Of a stretch of 64,000 nucleotides of DNA, positions 21,885 through 30,858 are shown one piece after another (the first letter of the stretch is position 1; each line of letters opens with the position of its first letter). The DNA is taken from the IMG/VR virus record IMGVR_UViG_3300031857_000005, positions 240,366 through 304,365 of that record, one strand, 5' to 3'. The notes under the pieces were generated by a model. That model saw only the letters and a program-made list of their open reading frames with translations, was not told the origin of the DNA and searched no databases. A program made the position numbers and the translations under genes.

Positions 21885-23101
21885 GTTTTATTTTTAATAA
21901 TCAAGTATCTTATAGTGACAGTGCAAATTTAGATGCATTTGGTAGGTTAAGAACTGCCGCAGTCCAAAATTTATTGGACATTAAACACGTATACGATAAA
22001 AATCCATTACAAGTAAATGAGGTTACCGCAGGAACTGCAACGTCAATTTTTAATCAACAATTTGCGAGAGTTAGAATGTCAACTGCGGCAAATAATGATT
22101 TAGTTATAAGACAATCAAAAACACACCCTATTTACCAACCAGGAAAAAGTCAATTATTCCAAGCAAGTTTCTCAAATTTTCAGTTAGAAACAAATGTCAT
22201 AAAAAGGGTGGGAGGATTCACCTCAACAACGGCATCTACATATAATTCGGTTTTTGATGGGTTCTTTTTAGAAAGTAATGGGGTAACAAACGAAATAAGT
22301 TTTCAAATATGGAGATCGGGAACTACGGTTTATAGTGCGGCAACAACCGTATGGAACACTAATGAATTTAACCCAATAGGTTTAGATTGGTCTAACACTA
22401 ATTTAATGTCAGTTGATTATCAATGGTTAGGTGTTGGTAGAATGAGATTTGGTTTGGATTTAGATGGAATATTAATTTATTTTACCGAACATAATTGTGC
22501 TAATAACGAACCAAATGTTTATATGTCATCACCAAATCAACCAATAAGGTATGAAATAAGACAAGTTGGTGTTGGTTCAGGAAGTTTTGATATGATATGT
22601 TCACAAGTATCAACCGAAGGAGCATTAAACGGACTATATTCCACTGTAGGAGTTATAAACTCAACCACTGCAGATTTAAATTCGTCAGGTACAAAATATC
22701 CATATATTGGTTATAGACTTAAACCAAGTTATAAATCAGTGACATCGCAATATAGTAGTTTGAGTATTTTAAATACCTCAAATGATAATTACTTAGTGAC
22801 TATTGAATTTAATCCTACATTATCTGCAACTCCAAGTTGGACAGATATACCAAATTCACCATTTCAATATTCAATATATAATGGGACTGTTACAACAACG
22901 ATAACATCACCAGGTCACATTATGTCGTCTTTAATTGGTGAATCAGGATCATCAGCACTTTCAACAATTAAAGTGGATGATAATCAAATTAGAGTTGGTT
23001 CTAATGTTGATGGAACACTTGATGAAATGTGGGTATGTATAACACCATTAAGTGCAAGTGCAACATTTTTGGGAACCGCAGAAGTATTATATTATTTATA
23101 A
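21881..23101 (+). CDS. Virion-associated beta-sandwich/lectin-like protein
   Basis: ATGA overlap puts the start at 21881. DAFGRLR, YQPGKSQ, DYQWLGVGRMRFG and PIRYEI motifs resemble a phage structural family. Confidence 0.6.
   Translation: MSFIFNNQVSYSDSANLDAFGRLRTAAVQNLLDIKHVYDKNPLQVNEVTAGTATSIFNQQFARVRMSTAANNDLVIRQSKTHPIYQPGKSQLFQASFSNFQLETNVIKRVGGFTSTTASTYNSVFDGFFLESNGVTNEISFQIWRSGTTVYSAATTVWNTNEFNPIGLDWSNTNLMSVDYQWLGVGRMRFGLDLDGILIYFTEHNCANNEPNVYMSSPNQPIRYEIRQVGVGSGSFDMICSQVSTEGALNGLYSTVGVINSTTADLNSSGTKYPYIGYRLKPSYKSVTSQYSSLSILNTSNDNYLVTIEFNPTLSATPSWTDIPNSPFQYSIYNGTVTTTITSPGHIMSSLIGESGSSALSTIKVDDNQIRVGSNVDGTLDEMWVCITPLSASATFLGTAEVLYYL
23093..23100 (+). promoter_or_regulatory. Putative late promoter (TATTTATA)
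   Basis: Recurrent motif upstream of ATG 23121. Confidence 0.5.
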
Positions 23102-23120
23102 AATAAAAATAGATTAAAAA

Positions 23121-24572
23121 ATGGCAAATCAAAAACTTACAGACAGAGTATTGGCAACGGGAGTCACATTAAATGATTTAATTCATATTGTAATTCCGAC
23201 AGATATAACTGACGATCCTGCGGGTTCATCATATAAAGCAACCGTTAGTCAGATGATGGACACTATAAGTGGTTCCACAATTATGGTTTTGGATGCAGGA
23301 ATTGGATCAACAATGAGATGTGATAATAATAATGAAGCGTCGGGAAGTTATTCAACAGTTAGTGGAGGTTATTGTAATACCTCAAGTGGAAATAAATCAA
23401 CTGTAAGTGGTGGATACCTTAATACATCGAGTAGTTATTACTCAACAGTTGGTGGTGGAGCGGCTAACACATCTAGTTGTGTTTATTCGACGGTAAGTGG
23501 TGGTCGTAACAACACATCAAGCGGTATTTATTCATTTATTGGTGGAGGATCCTTCAATAATAATAGTTCTTGTGGAAGTGTTATATCGGGTGGTGCAAAT
23601 AATTTAACAGGACCAACAGGTGTTATCTCAACTCTAAGTTCATATACTCCAAGTGCTGGATTAGGTCTTGCAGATGCGACTTACGGACCTTATTCTCAAA
23701 CAACAACAAGTGGTTATGGTGTTGGTGCGGATTTTACATTTGATGTTAGTGGTAATACAATAACTGGAGTTACAATCACAAATGGAGGTTTTGGATATAG
23801 TAATGGTGACACTATTTTTATTACAGGAACAACTTTTCCTGGTGGTACATCATCAAATGATGTTACATTAACTATTAATAATGTTTTAAGTAGTTATTAT
23901 TCAACCGTAAGTGGAGGACTAAATAATACATCAAGTGGAGATTGCTCAACCATAGGTGGAGGTAGAGGTAACACATCAAGTGGTAATGGTTCATTTGTTG
24001 GTGGCGGATCATTTAACAAATCAACTAATAATTTTTCAACAGTTGTAGGAGGTGCGGGTAACACATCAAGTTCTTATTATGTGACAATTGGTGGGGGAAA
24101 ATACAACACATCAAGTGCTTGTTACTCAACCGTAAGTGGTGGATATAGAAATACAACATTAACGGGGTCAACATATTCAATAATAGGTGGTGGTCGTAGT
24201 AACACATCAAGTGCTTCGTATTCAACAATAAGTGGTGGGTATTGTAATACAATTTTAACAGGATCAACAAGTACAACAATTGGTGGTGGTTATCAAAATA
24301 CAATATTAACAGGATCTACATATTCAACAATAAGTGGTGGTATATGTAACACATCAATTGGAATATCTTCGTCAATATTAGGTGGTTCTGGAAATACGGT
24401 TATACACGATTGTTCATTTATTGTTGGTAATGGAATAGCAACTTCTTGTCCTAATACGACATATATGAATTGTTTATCAATTATGGATTTACCAAATGAA
24501 TCGTCATTACCATTACCTTCAGGTTCTGTTTATTATTGTACGACAGGTTGTGGTATTTACTATGTTCCATAA
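23121..24572 (+). CDS. Second Gly-rich repeat tail fibre, paralogue of 18777-21884
   Basis: Homologous N-terminus (LTD..ATGV...DL.HIV.P.D....PAGSSYKA), the same 15-aa repeats, and an inserted GGFGYSNGDTIFITG domain. Confidence 0.75.
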   Translation: MANQKLTDRVLATGVTLNDLIHIVIPTDITDDPAGSSYKATVSQMMDTISGSTIMVLDAGIGSTMRCDNNNEASGSYSTVSGGYCNTSSGNKSTVSGGYLNTSSSYYSTVGGGAANTSSCVYSTVSGGRNNTSSGIYSFIGGGSFNNNSSCGSVISGGANNLTGPTGVISTLSSYTPSAGLGLADATYGPYSQTTTSGYGVGADFTFDVSGNTITGVTITNGGFGYSNGDTIFITGTTFPGGTSSNDVTLTINNVLSSYYSTVSGGLNNTSSGDCSTIGGGRGNTSSGNGSFVGGGSFNKSTNNFSTVVGGAGNTSSSYYVTIGGGKYNTSSACYSTVSGGYRNTTLTGSTYSIIGGGRSNTSSASYSTISGGYCNTILTGSTSTTIGGGYQNTILTGSTYSTISGGICNTSIGISSSILGGSGNTVIHDCSFIVGNGIATSCPNTTYMNCLSIMDLPNESSLPLPSGSVYYCTTGCGIYYVP

Positions 24573-24637
24573 TTCACTTTTTACAATACTATAATATCTT
24601 TATTTATAATTAATTTACTAAAAAATGGTAAGTTGAT

Positions 24638-24645
24638 TATTTATA
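24638..24645 (+). promoter_or_regulatory. Putative late promoter (TATTTATA; second copy 24601-24608)
   Basis: Recurrent motif upstream of ATG 24662. Confidence 0.55.
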
Positions 24646-24661
24646 GTAAAAGAGAATATAA

Positions 24662-26248
24662 ATGTCCAATTGTTATTGTTTAGAATTTAGTTTTGCAAAG
24701 GTTAATCAGTATGATTTAACCTATCAAGATTGTAGTGGAAACACTGTAACAGAAACATTCCAAAGTGGTACAACATACAATATATGTAGTGAAAATTTTG
24801 ATCCAATAACAAATTGTTTAGATATTGATTTTGAAGTTAAAGGACTCTGTGTTAATGGAGTTTGCCCTGGTGGATTATTTAAATATCAAAATGAATGCGA
24901 TGTAATAACAATATTCCCATTGGGAGTACAATGTTTAACTGAAAATCCAACAACAAGTAATAGTTTTGACGGTGTGGCATCTTTGTATATTACAGGAGGT
25001 ACACCACCATATTTTATATCATGGGAAAATGGTAATTATTCTCAAACATTAACAAATTTGGGTTCAGGAGAATATGATGCGGTTGTTACCGATTTTTATG
25101 GTGACTTTACCGCAAGAACAACTTGTTATTTAACCGCACCAAGTCCGACACCAACACCAACTCCTACACCAACTCCTACACCGATACCGGCATTTAGTGG
25201 TTTATGTTTAATTGTTGAAGGTAGAATAGGTAAAGATCCTTATCTTGAATTAATTGATTTTGGTTATAATGGGTATTATAATGGAAAACCAACTTGGACA
25301 TCAACACCTTCAGGTTATGATGTGGTATGGATGAGTGGTACAAGTCAGTGGGAAGTGTCAGGATGGACATACGGTAGTTTAGTTAATTTAAATCCAGCTA
25401 CACCACCTATTGCTGGATGGCAATCTATTGGTTCAGTACCACCAAATCCGTCAATATTATCGGTACAAATGAGTGAAGGAACTTGTGCAAGTCAAGACAT
25501 ATTGAGATATGAATTAACAGTTAACCAACCTACTTGTGTTCGTAAAGATGGTTTAGGTGGATGTATTAGTGACGGAAGTATAATATTTAATATTATTGAT
25601 GGAGTTCCACCATATGAGTATAGTATAGATGGATTCAACTTCTTCCCTAACCAACCTATCTTCCAAAGTCTATGTCCTGGGTTATACACAACAATTGTTA
25701 CAGACTCTTCAGGACAAACATTTAGTCAAATTGTGAATTTAATACAACCGGCAGCACCTCAAATATATGCACTAACATTATCACTAAACGCCACGTCAAC
25801 CGCATTTAATGTTACGGTTTCACCACAATTACCTGTAGGTACTACTCTTTCATTTGATTTAGTACATGAGAAATATTTTACAGAACAACCTCAATTTAAT
25901 GCGTACACTTGGAATAATGTGGTTACAGTAAATAAAAATATGATTCCTGTTCCATATAGTACAACCACTAATAGTGGGTCATCAAATGCTTTACCTGATA
26001 AAGTGTGTATTGGAGGTGTTGTTGTTGAGTCACTTACAACATTTACTTGGGATAATATAACTATGGTACAGGGAGACACTGTTAGTGGTACAATTAGTAA
26101 TCCAACACCAATATTGAATCTACCTTTAGAAACTCACTGTTTATCTGAAAAACATTCATATAATTTATATTTAAATGATGTAAAGTTAACTAACTGTCCT
26201 TGTTGTTCGGTAACCGTAATAAATAAACCGATAGGAAAAGTAGGGTAA
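24662..26248 (+). CDS. Cys-rich SprB-repeat virion protein with a Pro-Thr linker
   Basis: GGTPPY...LGSGEYDAVVTD and GVPPYEYSIDG...LCPGLYTTIVTDSSG SprB-like units; PTPTPTPTPTP linker. Confidence 0.65.
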   Translation: MSNCYCLEFSFAKVNQYDLTYQDCSGNTVTETFQSGTTYNICSENFDPITNCLDIDFEVKGLCVNGVCPGGLFKYQNECDVITIFPLGVQCLTENPTTSNSFDGVASLYITGGTPPYFISWENGNYSQTLTNLGSGEYDAVVTDFYGDFTARTTCYLTAPSPTPTPTPTPTPTPIPAFSGLCLIVEGRIGKDPYLELIDFGYNGYYNGKPTWTSTPSGYDVVWMSGTSQWEVSGWTYGSLVNLNPATPPIAGWQSIGSVPPNPSILSVQMSEGTCASQDILRYELTVNQPTCVRKDGLGGCISDGSIIFNIIDGVPPYEYSIDGFNFFPNQPIFQSLCPGLYTTIVTDSSGQTFSQIVNLIQPAAPQIYALTLSLNATSTAFNVTVSPQLPVGTTLSFDLVHEKYFTEQPQFNAYTWNNVVTVNKNMIPVPYSTTTNSGSSNALPDKVCIGGVVVESLTTFTWDNITMVQGDTVSGTISNPTPILNLPLETHCLSEKHSYNLYLNDVKLTNCPCCSVTVINKPIGKVG

Positions 26249-26267
26249 AATAAAATATCAAACATAG

Positions 26268-26275
26268 TATTTATA
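26268..26275 (+). promoter_or_regulatory. Putative late promoter (TATTTATA)
   Basis: 6 nt upstream of ATG 26282. Confidence 0.6.
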
Positions 26276-26281
26276 TAACAA

Positions 26282-28720
26282 ATGGCATATATACTCAAAA
26301 ATACATCTGGTTTAATCAATACAAGAGTTACTGATACAGGTAGACAAAAATTATCTGAAGGTAACTTTAACATTGCGTATTTCCAAGTTGGGGATAGTGA
26401 AGTATCGTACAATGCATTATCGTCAACATATAATCAACCATATAGTATGGTATTGGAACCACCATTTAATAGTCAAAATAGTGCTGGTTCACCACAATCA
26501 AATAGACAAAATGTTAAATACCCTTATTATGTAGATGGTTCTGCCGGTAATACATATGGAATTCCTTATATGGATTCGGTTATTGAACCTGTATTTAATA
26601 GAGCTCCTTTAAGAGGATTTTTTTCAGGAAATACTAGTGCAACCACAATTAGTTGGAGTGCTTTAACTAACAATAATTATGTAGTTAGCTCAAACTATGT
26701 TGTAAATATGTGTTCTTTAAGTGGAACAAACCAAGTTGAATTAATATATTCTGGTTCTAATTTAATTAATGAGGGAATACCTTCAGTTGGTGATTTTATT
26801 ACAATATATTATGACGGTAAATGGGATATAAATAACACTTGTTATAATTTACCAACCCCAACACCATCAGCGTCCGTCGCATCAACACCGACACCAACCC
26901 CAACACCAAGTTCAACGTATACATTTGTGTGTTCGGCAACACCAACGCCAACACCAACTAAGACACCTTGTTTAACACCATCAAACACACCTGCGTGTCC
27001 TCCACCACCTATGGCGGATTGTTATATGTCAATTAATAGTTGTTATCCAATGATGACATATAGAATTATTGCGTACTGTAACAATGTTATTACTGTTGAT
27101 AGGAATTTACCTGACTTTTCATCATTTTCTGGGTCATGTTATTCAAGAACATTAATCTATCCACCAAATATGACAACACTTTATGATAGTATAACACCGG
27201 CACCTCATTGGAGTAGTGATGTTATTAATTTTGAAACTGTTTGTGATATTGATGAGTTTGATGTTAAAATATGGAACATGAATATTCCTTGGAGTGAAAA
27301 TCCTGCAGGTTTATATCCTGCAACATATGAGGGATATGAATATTTTGGATCAATAGATTATCTTGGGACAAAAGAATATTTTGGATACGCATCAAGTTTG
27401 GGACAAAAAGACACTAGTTCGGTATATTACTACAATTCATTTGATGAAAAGATTACGGTACAACCTGAAGAACAAAAAGCAATTGCAATAATACATTATA
27501 CAAATCAAACCATTGACTTCTTCTATGGAGAGAAATTTGCGCTAGAACCATATGATTCCGCAAATCCTGATGATACAACAGGACAAGCAAGAAACTTTAA
27601 ATTACATCTACCTTGGTTGATGTGGCATAAAAATCCTGCGTGTTGTTCGGGAGAAACATTTTGGGTTGATCCTGCGGGGTTTGAAGATAAAAATCTATTT
27701 GATGTCCAATACATACAATCAAATAAAAATTCAGGGATGAATCAACCTGGTATTAGATATTATCATCTTTGGGATACTCACGCAAATGCTGATGGATACC
27801 CAAGTAGAATTGGTAAAGTATTCCCTGATAGTAAGATAGTTATTATTGATGATGAGGAAATAATTGCGGCGATGTCATATAAGTCAAATAGAAACTGGAC
27901 TTTACCAGCACCTCAAGTTTCCTTAGTAACCCCAAATACTTGTGGAACACCAACAACAACGGTAGATGGTATCTTAACAGGAAATAACGAAACTATGTAT
28001 GTGACTTATAGATTCACAAATCAAACTGGTTTTACAGATTCACTACATTGTAATTATTACTCAAAAGTAATCGGTAATAATAATGATTGTAATCCTGACA
28101 CATCTAAAAATGTTGCATTAAGATTTGGTGCGGAATTCGGATGTATGGTACAACCTTCATACAGTGCTGGAACACCTTGTATTACTTCTTGTAACTACTT
28201 ACCTCAAGGATATTTTGGTACTAATTTTGAAATTCTGTGTCAAAAAGTTATAACAGGAAATAGACCTGACTCAACTCAATGGAGAATAATTGATTATACC
28301 GATGTTATTAGTGCGTCAACAATTAATGGATATTTAACTCAAGATGGTATTACAGGCACGACATTCGTAATTACACCTGAATTATACAACGCAGCACCAT
28401 ATTATAATTTAAATAATTACATATCCTTAACTACATTAGGATCCACAGGTGAAACATTAAATTTTGGTGATGAATTTTATTTTTATGGTGGTTTGGAAAC
28501 AGATATCCAAGCAACAATATATGAAATGAAATATAAGATTAATTTGAGTAATGCTGAATTCTTAAACACATCAAATCCTACTTGGACTCAAGGAACTAAA
28601 TCATATATTACTGAGATTGCATTATTGGATAGAAATAAAGATATATTAGTAATGTCCAAACTACAATCACCAGTTCTAAGACAAGGTATCCAACAGTTCG
28701 TAGTTAAGTTAGATTTCTAA
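26282..28720 (+). CDS. Tail-collar / fibre attachment protein (split P2 gpH N-terminal-like domain)
   Basis: N-terminal TRVTDTGRQKL...FQVGD and C-terminal YITEIALLD....LVMSKLQSP resemble the two halves of the tail-collar fibre domain; Pro-Thr linker inside. Confidence 0.6.
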   Translation: MAYILKNTSGLINTRVTDTGRQKLSEGNFNIAYFQVGDSEVSYNALSSTYNQPYSMVLEPPFNSQNSAGSPQSNRQNVKYPYYVDGSAGNTYGIPYMDSVIEPVFNRAPLRGFFSGNTSATTISWSALTNNNYVVSSNYVVNMCSLSGTNQVELIYSGSNLINEGIPSVGDFITIYYDGKWDINNTCYNLPTPTPSASVASTPTPTPTPSSTYTFVCSATPTPTPTKTPCLTPSNTPACPPPPMADCYMSINSCYPMMTYRIIAYCNNVITVDRNLPDFSSFSGSCYSRTLIYPPNMTTLYDSITPAPHWSSDVINFETVCDIDEFDVKIWNMNIPWSENPAGLYPATYEGYEYFGSIDYLGTKEYFGYASSLGQKDTSSVYYYNSFDEKITVQPEEQKAIAIIHYTNQTIDFFYGEKFALEPYDSANPDDTTGQARNFKLHLPWLMWHKNPACCSGETFWVDPAGFEDKNLFDVQYIQSNKNSGMNQPGIRYYHLWDTHANADGYPSRIGKVFPDSKIVIIDDEEIIAAMSYKSNRNWTLPAPQVSLVTPNTCGTPTTTVDGILTGNNETMYVTYRFTNQTGFTDSLHCNYYSKVIGNNNDCNPDTSKNVALRFGAEFGCMVQPSYSAGTPCITSCNYLPQGYFGTNFEILCQKVITGNRPDSTQWRIIDYTDVISASTINGYLTQDGITGTTFVITPELYNAAPYYNLNNYISLTTLGSTGETLNFGDEFYFYGGLETDIQATIYEMKYKINLSNAEFLNTSNPTWTQGTKSYITEIALLDRNKDILVMSKLQSPVLRQGIQQFVVKLDF

Positions 28721-28770
28721 AAACTTTAATTTTAATTAATAGTTGTTATATTATTAATAAATCATTTTTT

Positions 28771-29379
28771 ATGACTAAAACTATTAAAAATTCACCAAAA
28801 GTCCTTGGACTAGATGTCTCAACAAGAACCATTGGGTGGGCATTATTTGATATTAAAGAACAAGAATTATTAGAATTAACTCACATCTCACCAAGACCAA
28901 AAGCAAAAGACTTTGGAGATAATAAAATGATGGAGTTGTTACTTAAATCTGAAATATTCAGAACAAAATTATCCGAATATAAAAATTTAGGGATTGTTAA
29001 TGTAGTTATTGAGGAACCGTTGTTGAACTCAAATAATGTCTATACAATTCAAACTCTTTTAAGATTTAACACATTAATATGTAAAGAAATTTATGATGCG
29101 TTAGGTATAGTTCCCGAATTTATATCAACATATAACTCAAGAAAATTTGCATTCCCTGAATTAGTACAACCTAATGATAAAGGTAAGCATGTTTTATTTG
29201 GGGGACTTCCAAAAGACATAGATAAGAAACAAATTATTTGGGATTTAGTGGCAAAAAAAGAACCTCAAATCCAATGGTTGTACACTAAAAATAACACCTT
29301 AAAGAAAGAAAATTTTGATCAAACCGATGCTTATACCTGTGTATTAGGATATATGAACTCAAAAGAAATTTGGAAATAA
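28771..29379 (+). CDS. RuvC-like Holliday junction resolvase
   Basis: RNase H-fold acidic triad: LGLDVSTRTIGW, VVIEEP, DQTDA. Confidence 0.8.
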   Translation: MTKTIKNSPKVLGLDVSTRTIGWALFDIKEQELLELTHISPRPKAKDFGDNKMMELLLKSEIFRTKLSEYKNLGIVNVVIEEPLLNSNNVYTIQTLLRFNTLICKEIYDALGIVPEFISTYNSRKFAFPELVQPNDKGKHVLFGGLPKDIDKKQIIWDLVAKKEPQIQWLYTKNNTLKKENFDQTDAYTCVLGYMNSKEIWK

Positions 29380-29404
29380 TATCGGTTAGATAAAGGATAA
29401 TTTG

Positions 29405-29436
29405 AAATATCGTCTTTTTAGACGATATTTTTTTTT
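29405..29436. terminator. Terminator between convergent genes
   Basis: AAATATCGTCT-tttt-AGACGATATTT perfect inverted repeat plus a T run. Confidence 0.8.
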
Positions 29437-30547
29437 ATGGTGAACTCGGAGTTGGTGTTGGTGTTTGAGTCAATGTCGGAGTTGGTGTCGGAGTTAATGT
29501 AACACAAGGACAATCAATAAAAACTATATTAATGTTATTACCTACAGGTATCTTATATGATTTTACAGTAATTGTTGAACCACCATTTATGTTTATTACT
29601 TGAGTCTCGTTATTACTACAGTTTTTAATATTAAAAGTATTTGCAGTATATAGTAAATTAGTTACTTTATACTCACAACAAACATCAGGAGTTTGAGTTG
29701 GTGTTAATGTAGGTGTAGGTGTTGGTGTAGGTGTTGGAGTTGAACTAACAGGTGGAATACAAACAAGACATCCTCCTTCAGAAACTAAACCATTCTCAGT
29801 GTTCAAGACTATAATATCAACACCACTAATATTATCCGCAGTACCAATGTACTCAATACAAACATCTATCTCATTCACTTCCGCCTCATATACCATACCA
29901 ATTACTGGAGTACCACCTGTCGGGTTTAATATAACATCAGTGGTTGAATAAATAAATCCATTTAAACAATCTTTGAATTGTTTGCTATTTGGACATTTAA
30001 TATAATCATCAAGAGTGTTAAATGTTACTAAACCTGTATAATTACATGGTCTGGTAATTTCAGGTGAAGGTGTTGGAGTTAATGTTGGAGTTGGTGTTGG
30101 AGTTGGTGTATATGTAATACCCGAAACATTAATACCGATCCCACCACAAGGGTTTGTTGAGGTTGGTGTCATTGTTGGGGTTAATGTCGGAGTTGGTGTC
30201 GGAGTTGGAGTTTGTGTTGTGGGTACATCACAATCAAAAATCGCATCAAAATCTATTGAACAAGCAGCACTTGGTGATGGAGTTGGTGTAGGGCAAATAC
30301 CCGAACTAAAAAGTTCATCACATAAATCAGGACAAGAACTTACACAAGGTGATTTACCAAATAATAAACAATTTGGATCCCCTAAAGTTAATGCTAAACA
30401 CCATTGAGTTTGTCCTGTTGAATAATAAATAGTATATGTATCTCCTGTGAAATAATCATAACCCGCATCGTAAGTACCTGCGGAAAAATATGTACCATCA
30501 AAAGATGATGAAGTACCACTTACACAATATTGACCAAAACAAGACAT
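29435..30547 (-). CDS. Cys-rich, Pro-Thr-repeat putative virion protein
   Basis: About 22 Cys in 370 aa, several PTPTPT linkers, and TGxT motifs like the tail proteins. Confidence 0.65.
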   Translation of the reverse strand: MSCFGQYCVSGTSSSFDGTYFSAGTYDAGYDYFTGDTYTIYYSTGQTQWCLALTLGDPNCLLFGKSPCVSSCPDLCDELFSSGICPTPTPSPSAACSIDFDAIFDCDVPTTQTPTPTPTPTLTPTMTPTSTNPCGGIGINVSGITYTPTPTPTPTLTPTPSPEITRPCNYTGLVTFNTLDDYIKCPNSKQFKDCLNGFIYSTTDVILNPTGGTPVIGMVYEAEVNEIDVCIEYIGTADNISGVDIIVLNTENGLVSEGGCLVCIPPVSSTPTPTPTPTPTLTPTQTPDVCCEYKVTNLLYTANTFNIKNCSNNETQVININGGSTITVKSYKIPVGNNINIVFIDCPCVTLTPTPTPTLTQTPTPTPSSP

Positions 30548-30549
30548 AC

Positions 30550-30771
30550 TTAAACGGTTACGGTGTCAGTTACAACACAATTATTATCATCCACAATTTT
30601 AACTATAAAATCAGTTAAAGATGAGTACACTGGTGGAATCTCAAAGGTATATGGTAAGTCACCACTTACGATTGTTGATACATAAATACAACTTGTGTAT
30701 CCTGTATCACATACATAAACATCAAATGGTGTTGAACCTGAAATATTATTTATTGTTATATCTGTTGGCAT
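30550..30771 (-). CDS. Small structural protein, paralogue of 18440-18742
   Basis: PFDVYVCDTGYTSC versus PYQIYVCDVYGNNC; late motif upstream on the minus strand (30789-30796). Confidence 0.65.
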   Translation of the reverse strand: MPTDITINNISGSTPFDVYVCDTGYTSCIYVSTIVSGDLPYTFEIPPVYSSLTDFIVKIVDDNNCVVTDTVTV

Positions 30772-30822
30772 TTACTATTGTTATCTTAGATAAATATAAA
30801 GGAATGTAAAAACTTGTGAAGT

Positions 30823-30851
30823 TTGATTATTCCATAATTTATGTTTATATT
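30823..30851 (+). promoter_or_regulatory. Sigma70-consensus (putative middle) promoter for primase
   Basis: TTGATT-N17-TATATT. Confidence 0.5.
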
Positions 30852-30858
30852 ATAATTT

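Noticed and set aside
18990-24380. CRISPR-like periodic repeats
   Set aside because: Units are degenerate, have codon-multiple periods and lie inside long ORFs. There is no constant repeat with unique spacers and no cas gene.
18777-24572. Diversity-generating retroelement or invertible fibre cassette
   Set aside because: No reverse transcriptase or recombinase in the window, no adenine-specific TR/VR pair, and no flanking inverted repeats seen.
28771-29379. TnpB/Cas12-like RuvC effector
   Set aside because: Only 202 aa, a contiguous RuvC fold, no zinc finger or REC region, and no adjacent array or IS ends.
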